Notes: generated by a model not told the origin, from the sequence alone. DNA of 64,000 nt from Gammaproteobacteria bacterium (GCA_013373375.1 JABXHY010000018.1:43113-107112), one strand, 5' to 3'. Numbered from the stretch's first letter, positions 53,704 through 62,772 are shown. A program made the numbers and translations.

Positions 53704-55278
53704 TTATATTGATTGCTCGAAAGTTGTTTGCTCTGCAGTTGCATGCTGCAAAGTAGTCTGATTATTTGAGAACGAAATGATAGAACTTTTAATCGAATAA
53801 TCCGTTATCAAAGGGCTCTGACCAGAAACTCGTTTTTCAATAGTAGTCTTTTGTGTAGGTATCTGATTGATAGTTTGCCTTAAAGACACTACTTCTCCAA
53901 TGACGATTATTGAAGGCGATTGTAACTTGGCTTCAGCAACTTTTTGAGAGATATCATTTAATGTGCCGACGACTTCCTGTTGATTGGGTAAGGTTGCGTT
54001 CTGAATCACCGCAACCGGAGTATTATGGTTTAAACCATGGCGAATCAGTTGTTTTGCAATAATGGCTAATCCGGTTAAACCCATATAGATGACTAAAGTA
54101 CTTTTTTCTTGCGCGAGCGCTTTCCAATTTAAATTAATCGTATTGTCTTTTAAGTGTCCGGTGACAAAGGTGACGGATTGTGCGTGGTCTCGATGAGTTA
54201 ACGGGATCCCACAATAGGTTGAAGTGCCTGCTGCAGAGGTTATGCCTGGAACAACTTGAAATTGAACACCAGCTTTCGCAAGTTGAATCGCTTCTTCTCC
54301 ACCTCGTCCGAATATATAAGGGTCACCACCTTTTAGTCTGACGACGCGTTTGCCTTGAGAAGCAAACTCAACTAACAATTTGTTGATATCTCGCTGTGGG
54401 ACGCAATGATCCGCTTTTTGTTTTCCAACATATATTCTTTCTGCATCTCGTCGAACCAGGTTGAGGAATTCTTTTGAAACTAGTCGATCATAAATGACTA
54501 CGTCGGCCTGTTGCATCAAACGAAGTGCTTTGAATGTAAGAAGATCGGGATCTCCTGGACCTGCTCCCACCAGGTAAACTTCACCTTGTTGATAATAGGG
54601 AGAGTCAACCTTTGAATCATCGATTGATTGTTCAGCTTGCTGTAATAGCTGAATAAGTTGTTTTTCGGCGAGCTCCTCTTTTCCATTAAATACATGTTCT
54701 GCAATTGGTCCACTAAATACCGATTCCCAAAAGTTTTTACGTTGCGTACCGGTTTGAAGCAACGATTTGACTCTGTCTCTAAATCTTTTAGCCAGTTGAG
54801 CGAGCCTCCCATATTGTGCAGGAATAATAGACTCAATTTTCCCACGCAACAAACGGGCGAGGACAGGTGCTGCTCCGCTTGAGCTAATAGCAATGGTTAA
54901 AGGAGCTCGGTCGACTATTGCGGGTGTAATAAACGAACATAACTCGGGAGTATCAACAACATTAACAAATAGATTTTGTTTATCAGCGTCACGAAAAACC
55001 TGTTGATTGACATTGTCGTTGTTGGTCGCAGCAATCACTAAAAACGCGTTGTCGAGATCGGCACTATGGTAAAAGCGTTCAGCTATTGTAATGCGCTGAC
55101 TGGACGATTGGTCTTGCTGACATAAGTTGCGGATATTGGAGTGAATTTGAGGTGCGATCACTTTAATAGTCGCACCCGCATCATAAACTAAAGATAATTT
55201 TCGAGCGGCTACTTCACCTGCGCCAACTATAACGACCAGGCGATTGTGTAGTTTGGTAAAGATAGGAAAGTGCTGCAT
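53704..55278 (-). CDS. cysG: Siroheme synthase (precorrin-2 dehydrogenase/ferrochelatase plus uroporphyrinogen-III methyltransferase)
   Basis: GAGEVA, NVVDTPELCSFITP, ISSSGAAPVLAR, VYLVGAGPGDPDLLT, RLKGGDPYIFGRGGEE, VPGITSA. Confidence 0.96.
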   Translation of the reverse strand: MQHFPIFTKLHNRLVVIVGAGEVAARKLSLVYDAGATIKVIAPQIHSNIRNLCQQDQSSSQRITIAERFYHSADLDNAFLVIAATNNDNVNQQVFRDADKQNLFVNVVDTPELCSFITPAIVDRAPLTIAISSSGAAPVLARLLRGKIESIIPAQYGRLAQLAKRFRDRVKSLLQTGTQRKNFWESVFSGPIAEHVFNGKEELAEKQLIQLLQQAEQSIDDSKVDSPYYQQGEVYLVGAGPGDPDLLTFKALRLMQQADVVIYDRLVSKEFLNLVRRDAERIYVGKQKADHCVPQRDINKLLVEFASQGKRVVRLKGGDPYIFGRGGEEAIQLAKAGVQFQVVPGITSAAGTSTYCGIPLTHRDHAQSVTFVTGHLKDNTINLNWKALAQEKSTLVIYMGLTGLAIIAKQLIRHGLNHNTPVAVIQNATLPNQQEVVGTLNDISQKVAEAKLQSPSIIVIGEVVSLRQTINQIPTQKTTIEKRVSGQSPLITDYSIKSSIISFSNNQTTLQHATAEQTTFEQSI

Positions 55279-55363
55279 AACGACCTCGACAAGAATTCGA
55301 AATGATTGTTGCAGCTACCGTCATTTGGAACCAATAACACTCGTCTATGTTCATATTCTAAAG

Positions 55364-55391
55364 CGCTATATAAGACGCTATATAAGACGCT
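55364..55391. repeat. 12-bp tandem duplication upstream of cysG
   Basis: CGCTATATAAGA at 55364-75 and 55376-87, plus CGCT. Confidence 0.9.
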
Positions 55392-55410
55392 TGCTAATGT
55401 TGTTGTTAAC

Positions 55411-56553
55411 CTATTGTTTATCTTCCTCTTTGGGAGGCTTGTCCGAGTAGTGAACCTGACCATTTTCATCGGTCCATTTATAAAATTGAGATTCTTGAAT
55501 AGATTGTTGATCGGTTCTAATGAGTTTGACGCTCGGCTCAGGCGCTCTTTGACGAAGCGAATAGTTTTTAGCATCATCCGAAATAATTCTTTCGAATAAT
55601 TGAATTATTTTTTGTGAGTTCATCAGTTGAACCACTTGGCCTCTGGCCATTAGCGATTTAATTTCGGGATCGTTTATAATCGATTGCATTTCAGGATCAT
55701 TTTGCACGAACTGAGCTCTTGCCCACATGTCACGAATTTTTTCTGCCATTTGAGTTTCGTAGTCAGCAGACTCACCTTCTTTATATAAATCGTTACTCAA
55801 TGCTTTAAAGTTTGGGTTCTTAATTAATTGTCGAAAAGCGGCAGACTGCTTTATAAGGTTGATGTCACCAGTGTTGAGTATGCGCTGAGAACTTGGACTT
55901 AAAAACAGTTCACGAAATTCCTTACTGTCGGTAATGCCTCTAAATTGACGTACCGTCATTTCAGGGGATTCTAGGAGCTTGGCGGTCAGGCCAGCTACTT
56001 CAGGTTGATCGGTCGTTATATTGATGGCGCTTTCAATCATTGAGCCAACCACTGATTTTGCCATTTTTTCAATGCCTGATATGTCTTCTTCGGTGTTTAT
56101 TGGCGAATCAACTGACAATGACTCAGCAGCAGAAGCTACTTTGTCTGACTGTTGGTTTTTACTCCAAACTTGGGTCGCGAGAGAGATGGTCCATATCAGT
56201 AAAATTCCAATAAAACCGCCAGTAATTCCGCCAACGATACCACCTGAAATTCGTGATAACTTCGAAACTTTTTTTCCATCAGAGGTGAGTAGCTTATAAA
56301 TTAGGGCAAGTATGGCGCTCGATACTAAGCTTGTGCCAGCGAACAGCACTATGCCAGCCGCTAGATAACCGACCAGACCATTGAGTGGCGTTGAGTCATT
56401 AATCACAGGAGCGAGCAAAGGGGTGAATAGCACTGCGGCCATGTAAGCCGCTATCAGGCTTATGAGTCGAAAAGCAAATTTCGCAATACCTTTACTGTAA
56501 CCCTGATAAAGAAAGTAAAGGATAAAAACTAAAAATAATAAGAAAAAGAGCAT
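55411..56553 (-). CDS. CvpA-family membrane domain fused to a DP-repeat helical region and a C-terminal DUF4124 motif
   Basis: Four TMs with CvpA pattern (YQGYSKG...LISLIAAY; SRISGGIVG), DPEMQSIINDPEIKSLM, C-terminal FYKWTDENGQVHYSDKPP. Confidence 0.75.
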   Translation of the reverse strand: MLFFLLFLVFILYFLYQGYSKGIAKFAFRLISLIAAYMAAVLFTPLLAPVINDSTPLNGLVGYLAAGIVLFAGTSLVSSAILALIYKLLTSDGKKVSKLSRISGGIVGGITGGFIGILLIWTISLATQVWSKNQQSDKVASAAESLSVDSPINTEEDISGIEKMAKSVVGSMIESAINITTDQPEVAGLTAKLLESPEMTVRQFRGITDSKEFRELFLSPSSQRILNTGDINLIKQSAAFRQLIKNPNFKALSNDLYKEGESADYETQMAEKIRDMWARAQFVQNDPEMQSIINDPEIKSLMARGQVVQLMNSQKIIQLFERIISDDAKNYSLRQRAPEPSVKLIRTDQQSIQESQFYKWTDENGQVHYSDKPPKEEDKQ

Positions 56554-56681
56554 GTTAGTAATAAAACCTGAATGTGTATCAAATTGAACTCGCTTGCTGC
56601 AGTTTCGTCAATTTGCTGTTGAAAGGCAAATTGATCATCAAGATTTGTCTATCAGTTAGGCTCATTTTGGTGATTGTTGCC

Positions 56682-56726
56682 TTGCACTAATATTCTTTAA
56701 TTCATATAATTTCAGAAATTATTGAA
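56682..56726 (+). promoter_or_regulatory. sigma70 promoter with overlapping palindromic operator for the GbsR-cyd operon
   Basis: TTGCAC (56682-87), 17 bp, TATAAT (56705-10). ATAATTTC-A-GAAATTAT perfect inverted repeat at 56706-56722 overlaps -10/+1. Confidence 0.75.
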
Positions 56727-56742
56727 AATACAGAAAGTGCTA

Positions 56743-57288
56743 ATGAATATACCAAGTGAAATTGAATCGTTTGTGGTTCATTTTGGTGAAATGGGAAGTC
56801 GCTGGGGCTTTAACCGAACAGTAGGGCAGATGTTTGCTCTGATTGTTGTGTCTGAACAAGCGCTCAATGCTGACCAAATTGCCGATATGTTAGGAGTATC
56901 GCGCGGTAATGTCAGCATGGGATTAAAAGAGTTGCAGTCTTGGCGCTTAATCAGAACCCAACCGATCGCGGGCGATCGAAAAGATTACTTTAAACCTAAT
57001 GGCTCTTTGTGGGAGCTGGCAATGCAAGTATTGGCTGAAAGACGCAAACGGGAAGTTGATCCCACACTGTCGTTATTAAGAAGTGAGTTGATAAACCCTC
57101 AGAGTGAACAAAACACTTACGCCCATCAAAGAATGCAAGAAATGCACGATTTGATTGAAATGTTTCTGACTTGGTTTGATGACATTTATAAGATGAATCC
57201 AGACAACCTGAAAACCTTGTTAAAGCTAGGCGCTGGTGTTGGCAAAGTCTTGGACATGAAAGATCGATTACTCACAAAACAAAAATAA
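56743..57288 (+). CDS. GbsR/MarR-family transcriptional regulator (CydE-like)
   Basis: FVVHFGEMGSRWGFNRTVGQMFAL, LGVSRGNVSMGLKELQSW, RKREVDPTL. Directly upstream of cydAB. ATG 56743 preferred over TTG 56722. Confidence 0.9.
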   Translation: MNIPSEIESFVVHFGEMGSRWGFNRTVGQMFALIVVSEQALNADQIADMLGVSRGNVSMGLKELQSWRLIRTQPIAGDRKDYFKPNGSLWELAMQVLAERRKREVDPTLSLLRSELINPQSEQNTYAHQRMQEMHDLIEMFLTWFDDIYKMNPDNLKTLLKLGAGVGKVLDMKDRLLTKQK

Positions 57289-57326
57289 ACCAACATATTT
57301 TGTTGTGTTTTTAATAGGAGGCTCAG

Positions 57327-58742
57327 ATGTTGGAAGCCGCTAATGAAACAACCTTAATACTATCTCGCATTCAGTTTGCACTGAATATTAGTTTTCACAT
57401 TCTGTTTCCTACCATTACGATCGCAATGGCATGGCTGCTATTTTTTTTCAAGATTCGACATCATATTTCTGGGCATCCAGTCTGGATGAGAGCCTATCGT
57501 TTTTGGGTGAAAATTTTTGCACTGACATTTGCTTTAGGAGTTGTGAGTGGGATTACCATGTCATTTCAATTTGGCACAAACTGGCCCGGCTTTATGGAAA
57601 AAGTGGGGAACATTGCTGGACCATTATTAGGCTATGAAGTGCTGACGGCATTTTTTATGGAGGCAACTTTCCTAGGTGCTATGTTGTTCGGAATTAAAAG
57701 GCTTCCACCTTGGTTACATACTTTATCAACCTTCTTAGTTGCCATTGGAACGTCGCTTTCTGCGTTCTGGATATTAGCATTAAATTCTTGGATGCACACA
57801 CCGCAAGGTTTTGAAATGATAGATGGAGTTGCTCATGCCACGGACTGGTGGGAGATTATATTTAACCCTTCTTTTCCTTATCGATTTTTTCATATGTTGA
57901 TCGCATCTGGATTAACCGCTTGTTTTTTAGTTATGGGAGTTTCAGCGTATCGAATTATAAAGGGTGACGAGAAAAAAGCGCCTCAAGTGACCTTGAGAGC
58001 TGCCGCGTTTTTGGCAGCAGTGTTAATTCCTGTGCAAATTTTTGTAGGGGATTTACATGGTCTTAACACCTTAAAGCACCAACCGCAAAAAGTTGCGGCA
58101 ATGGAAGGTGTTTGGGAGACCCAAAAAGGGGTTCCGCTTTTGTTGTTTGCTTTACCGGATGAAGACGAGAGAACCAATCATTTTGAAGTTGGTATTCCAA
58201 ATATTGCGAGTTTAATTTTGACTCACGATTTAGATGGAGAAATTAAAGGACTGAATGAATTTCAAGGAAAGCATCCTCCTGTCGCGCCTGTTTTTTGGGG
58301 GTTTAGAATTATGGTTGGTTTAGGTGTCATTATGTTGTTTGTAAGCTGGATGACGTCTTGGCAACTGTTACGGCATCAAAGAGTGTCACCGATAATGTTA
58401 AAAGTTATTGTCGCAACAACGTTTAGTGGCTGGGTGGCAACCTTAGCGGGTTGGTACGTTACTGAAATAGGGAGGCAGCCTTATTTAGTTACTGGAGTAT
58501 TAACAACTGAGCAAGCTGCAACAAATATTGCGGCTAGTAATGTCGGTATATCCTTAGCACTCTATGCCATTGTGTATGTGGTTTTATTAATCGCTTATAT
58601 TCATACTTTATTTTATATGGCGAGGAAGTCGGTCAAAGTAGAAGAGTTTGTAACGCCGAGCGAAAGTTGGAGAGAAAGCGACAATAATAATGTCGAGGAT
58701 TCAAGTGGACAGACAAAAAGTGAAGAGGTAAAAGTATTATGA
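57327..58742 (+). CDS. cydA: Cytochrome bd-type ubiquinol oxidase subunit I (short Q-loop, CioA-like)
   Basis: SRIQFA...FHILFP (His19), FQFGTNW, YEVLTAFFMEA, FFHM, QPQKVAAMEG, FRIMV, TEIGRQP. Confidence 0.96.
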   Translation: MLEAANETTLILSRIQFALNISFHILFPTITIAMAWLLFFFKIRHHISGHPVWMRAYRFWVKIFALTFALGVVSGITMSFQFGTNWPGFMEKVGNIAGPLLGYEVLTAFFMEATFLGAMLFGIKRLPPWLHTLSTFLVAIGTSLSAFWILALNSWMHTPQGFEMIDGVAHATDWWEIIFNPSFPYRFFHMLIASGLTACFLVMGVSAYRIIKGDEKKAPQVTLRAAAFLAAVLIPVQIFVGDLHGLNTLKHQPQKVAAMEGVWETQKGVPLLLFALPDEDERTNHFEVGIPNIASLILTHDLDGEIKGLNEFQGKHPPVAPVFWGFRIMVGLGVIMLFVSWMTSWQLLRHQRVSPIMLKVIVATTFSGWVATLAGWYVTEIGRQPYLVTGVLTTEQAATNIAASNVGISLALYAIVYVVLLIAYIHTLFYMARKSVKVEEFVTPSESWRESDNNNVEDSSGQTKSEEVKVL

Positions 58743-59734
58743 TGGCTGATTATTTACCAACATTTTTTTTATTATTGATGGCTCTGTCTGTACTTATCTA
58801 TGCAGTATTAGATGGTTATGACCTAGGCGTTGGCATATTGTTACCCATGAATAATGTCGAGCACCGTCATCAGATGATAGCGTCAATTGGGCCCTTTTGG
58901 GATGCTAATGAAACTTGGCTTGTGCTCGCGGTTGGAATTTTACTGATTGCTTTTCCTCAAGCGCATAATATTGTTTTACGAGAATTATATTTGCCGGCAG
59001 CAATTATGTTAATTGGGTTGATTTTACGTGGTGTCGCTTTTGATTTTAGAGCAAAAGCGGTTACGCAGTATCAACCTCTGTGGGATAAAGTATTTCGTTT
59101 AGGTTCATTGATTGCTGCTTTAAGTCAAGGCTTTATGTTGGGCATGTATGTGGTTGGTTTTGAGTATTCTTTTATAACCATCTGCTTTAGCTTGCTTACC
59201 GCGTTTGGCGCAGCCGCTGCTTATGTTTATATTGGAGGAGCTTGGCTTGTACTAAAAACGGAAGGGGAGCTACAAAAATTTGCGGCGAAAAAAGCGCGAC
59301 GAGCGGGTTGGTTAATGGGCTTATCTTTTATCGCAATTAGCACGGTTAACCCATGGCTTAATCCTGAAGTTGCTGAACGTTGGTTTACTATGCCAGGAGC
59401 TCTTGTGGTTTTGCTGATCCCTGTAATGTGTGGTCTTATTTGGCTGTTAGTGGATCAATATTTAAAATATGTTCCTGTTCAAAAAGATAGAGCTTGCTGG
59501 GTGCCGTTTGTAGGCGGCATTGCTATTTTTAGCTTTTGTTTAATTGGTTTTGCTTACAGTTATTATCCTTATGTTATCCCTGGTCAGTTAACCGCGGAAG
59601 AGGCGGCGAGTGCTACTAAGTCATTGCAGTTTGTATTTTATGGCGTGGTTATCGTGCTGCCAGTTATTTTAGCGTATACCGTTTTGTCTTATCGGATTTT
59701 TAAAGGTAAAACAAATGAGTTGAATTATTATTAG
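58739..59734 (+). CDS. cydB: Cytochrome bd-type ubiquinol oxidase subunit II
   Basis: LDGYDLGVG, IGPFWDANETWLV, ILRGVAFDFR, YPYVIP. ATGA overlap with cydA. Confidence 0.95.
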   Translation: MMADYLPTFFLLLMALSVLIYAVLDGYDLGVGILLPMNNVEHRHQMIASIGPFWDANETWLVLAVGILLIAFPQAHNIVLRELYLPAAIMLIGLILRGVAFDFRAKAVTQYQPLWDKVFRLGSLIAALSQGFMLGMYVVGFEYSFITICFSLLTAFGAAAAYVYIGGAWLVLKTEGELQKFAAKKARRAGWLMGLSFIAISTVNPWLNPEVAERWFTMPGALVVLLIPVMCGLIWLLVDQYLKYVPVQKDRACWVPFVGGIAIFSFCLIGFAYSYYPYVIPGQLTAEEAASATKSLQFVFYGVVIVLPVILAYTVLSYRIFKGKTNELNYY

Positions 59735-59736
59735 TA

Positions 59737-60189
59737 ATGCTGACGATGAAAAAATTAACAACAAAGCCTAATGAGCAAATTGTCTTATTTGATGGCGTCT
59801 GCAAGTTGTGCAGTTTTTGGGCAAGATTTTTGACTCGCTTTGATCAGCGTATGAAGTTTAAGTTAGCTACAGTTCAGTCAAAAGAAGGGCAATATATTTT
59901 AAAAAGTCTTGGCATGCCGACGGACCATTATACCACTATGGTATTCATTGCCGATCAGACTGTTTATACCCATTCGACTGCGCTGTTAAAAATAATAAAG
60001 CAGCTCCCGCCTCCCTGGCCATTATTATGTATAGGTTATTTATTACCTAGGCCAGTTAGGGATTGGTTATATCTTAAAGTAGCAAAAAATCGTTATCGCT
60101 TGTTTGGCCAATATCAGCAATGCATGATTCCAGATGAAAAGATGAAGCAGCGGATTTATCAATTGCCGAAAGAAAATTCTCAAGAGTAA
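59737..60189 (+). CDS. DCC1-like thiol-disulfide oxidoreductase family protein (DUF393)
   Basis: VLFDGVCKLC (DxxCxxC), RDWLYLKVAKNRYRLFG…C. Confidence 0.9.
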   Translation: MLTMKKLTTKPNEQIVLFDGVCKLCSFWARFLTRFDQRMKFKLATVQSKEGQYILKSLGMPTDHYTTMVFIADQTVYTHSTALLKIIKQLPPPWPLLCIGYLLPRPVRDWLYLKVAKNRYRLFGQYQQCMIPDEKMKQRIYQLPKENSQE

Positions 60190-60247
60190 TAATGGACTAA
60201 CATTATTGGTAAAAAAGCTGAGCATAAAAAATTGACTGTGAAAGGGT

Positions 60248-60667
60248 ATGAATTTAATTAAAAAATTCTTTTCGAAAGATATCCACTTGATTGCAACGCT
60301 AACGATTGCTTTTATTTGGGCGTATCATGGATTAGTACCTAAACTGTTGGGCCCTCACTCCCAAGAGCTGGACATGATAGCGGCTTTCGGCATCAACGAG
60401 AATCTAGCGACTACTTTGGCTTACATTGCAGGAGTGCTGGAATTACTAATGGCCGTATTGGTATTGGTTTATCGAAATAAATTCTGGCCATTTTATCTTA
60501 CGATTGCGATCGTTTTGGTTTTAAGTATCACGGTGCTTTTCGGGCAACCGTCTTTTGTCATGTTTGCTTTTAATCCAATCACTATCAACATTGCCATGAT
60601 CATGCTGTCAATAATTGCGATACGCTCGATGGATGAGAATTTATCTAAGCTTGATATATCGAGTTGA
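60248..60667 (+). CDS. DoxX-like family membrane protein
   Basis: WAYHGLVPKLL, AGVLE, FNPITINIAM. Four TMs. Confidence 0.8.
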   Translation: MNLIKKFFSKDIHLIATLTIAFIWAYHGLVPKLLGPHSQELDMIAAFGINENLATTLAYIAGVLELLMAVLVLVYRNKFWPFYLTIAIVLVLSITVLFGQPSFVMFAFNPITINIAMIMLSIIAIRSMDENLSKLDISS

Positions 60668-60808
60668 TTTGTAGGTTCTCGATTCAATCCAATACTCTAA
60701 TAGCGGAAATATTTGGTAATAAGTCAACAATGGTACTAATACCGTGAGTTTTCCTTAATTTTGATCTGAAATATAAAGGATTAAATATTATTTAAGGAGA
60801 ATCGCGCC

Positions 60809-61372
60809 ATGTTAAATAAAAAGATTGGACCTTTGTTTGGTTTAGTGTTGTTTTTAAGTTGTTTAAATGTTTCCTCTGGTGAGTATTTCTTCAATCCGGA
60901 AATTGGCAGAAATGACGCATATGTTTCCGCAGATCTTACTCTTACTGGCGAAAGAGTAAGTCAATCTAACCCAATGTTGAGTCTGAAATTTGGTTATCAG
61001 TTTGATACTCAGTGGGTAGTGAGTGGAGCTTATAGCTTTTCAACAGATTTATTAACTTTTGGCGCAATCGATGATTATAAAATTCGGAATAAGGAAATTT
61101 CTTTAGGTTATGCTTTTGAATTTAGTAATAACTTCACGATTGAGCCTACTGTTGGCTATAACAGCTGGGAGCTAGAAGTCGTCGAAGGTCAGTTATTTAA
61201 TCCTGGCCCGGAAGACATTGAGTTATACAACGGAGATGATTATTTTTGGCATTTGGTTACTAGGTATAAGCTCTCTCTCCAGAACTTCATTAATTTAACT
61301 TACTCGAAGTACAACTATGACTTTGGGCAAAGCGAGGCCATAAAACTGGGGTTTTCTGTTTACTTCGATTAG
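60809..61372 (+). CDS. Outer membrane beta-barrel protein
   Basis: Signal peptide, alternating amphipathic strands (LKFGYQF, SLGYAF, TVGY), aromatic C-terminal strand VYFD, SD AAGGAG. Confidence 0.78.
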   Translation: MLNKKIGPLFGLVLFLSCLNVSSGEYFFNPEIGRNDAYVSADLTLTGERVSQSNPMLSLKFGYQFDTQWVVSGAYSFSTDLLTFGAIDDYKIRNKEISLGYAFEFSNNFTIEPTVGYNSWELEVVEGQLFNPGPEDIELYNGDDYFWHLVTRYKLSLQNFINLTYSKYNYDFGQSEAIKLGFSVYFD

Positions 61373-61392
61373 TGAATCAAGTGTATTGAAGG

Positions 61393-61426
61393 GACCCTAA
61401 AACAAATCAGCTTTTGCTTTAGGGTC
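61393..61426. terminator. Hairpin between convergent OMP and lipase genes
   Basis: GACCCTAAA (61393-401) / TTTAGGGTC (61418-26). Confidence 0.6.
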
Positions 61427-61458
61427 GAATCGATTTTTATTTTAGAGTTTAATTCTAT

Positions 61459-62562
61459 TTAGTTCATTTTAAGAAGCTTGATCATAGAACAGGTATAACC
61501 GTCAGTTGGCTTACGCATCAAATGAACGCTTAAATTACTTGAAATAACATCTGCTTTTTTCTTTAAATTATCGACAATATTGTTACTGCTTTCATCGATT
61601 GTACGAAACTGATCAGCGATATCAAGCCAGTAATTCTGCTCAGACAGTTCGCTGGTTAAAGATGTTTCGTAGTTGAGTGAAAGATTAGGTGTCATTAATG
61701 CTTCATCACCGATTACGCCATATTCCATTTGGCTTCTTAGTCCACCGATTGCATTTGCTAGAAAGTCAGGAATAAAACTAAACAATTCTCTAAATTCATC
61801 AAGAGCCAAATTACTCACTGGAATCTTGGCAAATAAATCGTGCGTGTTGGTTATTCTATAGACCGGAACATTCACTAATTGTTGCTTAGCTAGCTCTTGC
61901 CAGTTGCGACCGGCAACTTTTGGCGCCCCAGTTGCGTATACTTGAGCAAGATCAAATCCTTCAACTTGAAGACCTGGTGCGGCTAATAATGCGAGGGCTC
62001 CACCTAAACTGTGACCAAAAATATGGATGCGCTTGTTTTGATAAGGTGTTCTGTTTAGTTGCTGTAAAATATCATTCCAAACGGATCCCAGCATGGTTCC
62101 AAAGCCATGATGAACGGGAGCGCCTAGTGTAAAACTATGCGAAAAATCCCAGAGTCCATAGTCGGCATTAAGTAACCAGTTAAGGTTAGAGTCGGTGTGC
62201 CGAAACGTTAAAAATACATCATCACCGTATGTCGATATCATGACTTTAACATTCCAACGTTTGTTTTCAATCATACGAACGTTTTTGATGCCCCACTGTT
62301 GTTCTGCTTTTACTAAGTCGGCGTCTGCATCGTCATCAAATGTTTGTGAGTCGGTATCAAGTGTTTGCAATGCAATCCACGAAAAACTATACGCATGAGC
62401 AAGATCAAAGTTGGTATGACTGGTATCGATAAAAATAGATTCTGGTGAACCGTGGCAAGATTCTATGGTTAACTTTTCAACAAATTGCTCACGACTAATC
62501 TCGTACGCAGCAGCTTGATAAGATATTAAGGTTAGAATAATCCCTACGATTAATTTACGCAT
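61459..62562 (-). CDS. Secreted class 3 lipase (alpha/beta hydrolase)
   Basis: Signal peptide, LTFRHT, VHHGF, GHSLGGALA, YATGAPKV, NTHDLFAKIP. Confidence 0.88.
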   Translation of the reverse strand: MRKLIVGIILTLISYQAAAYEISREQFVEKLTIESCHGSPESIFIDTSHTNFDLAHAYSFSWIALQTLDTDSQTFDDDADADLVKAEQQWGIKNVRMIENKRWNVKVMISTYGDDVFLTFRHTDSNLNWLLNADYGLWDFSHSFTLGAPVHHGFGTMLGSVWNDILQQLNRTPYQNKRIHIFGHSLGGALALLAAPGLQVEGFDLAQVYATGAPKVAGRNWQELAKQQLVNVPVYRITNTHDLFAKIPVSNLALDEFRELFSFIPDFLANAIGGLRSQMEYGVIGDEALMTPNLSLNYETSLTSELSEQNYWLDIADQFRTIDESSNNIVDNLKKKADVISSNLSVHLMRKPTDGYTCSMIKLLKMN

Positions 62563-62601
62563 AAAATTAACGCCTCGTTTTGAATTTAAGCAAACTGGAA
62601 A

Positions 62602-62630
62602 AGTCTAGACTGTCTCAACATGTCTAGACA
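62602..62630. promoter_or_regulatory. Tandem GTCTAGAC palindromes upstream of the lipase, candidate GntR/HutC-subfamily operators
   Basis: AGTCTAGACT (62602-11) and TGTCTAGACA (62621-30), 40-68 bp upstream of the lipase ATG. Confidence 0.55.
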
Positions 62631-62772
62631 GGTGAATGGCCGCGATTGTAAGGATGTAATGTGACAATTCCAGGTAAATATTTCCTTTTTTTACTAAGTT
62701 GTCGTAGATAACATTATTTAGTAAATATTTACTTATTTGTGAGATTATTTAGCTGCTCACTTTGAACTGTTT

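Noticed and set aside
53443-53712. 89-aa plus-strand ORF from the track
   Set aside because: TTG start, no SD, AT-rich with atypical composition, overlaps the cysG stop. More likely the regulatory region of the minus-strand small gene.
59735-59760. cydX small subunit gene
   Set aside because: The DUF393 gene starts 2 bp after the cydB stop, leaving no room. This is consistent with a short-Q-loop CIO-type oxidase.
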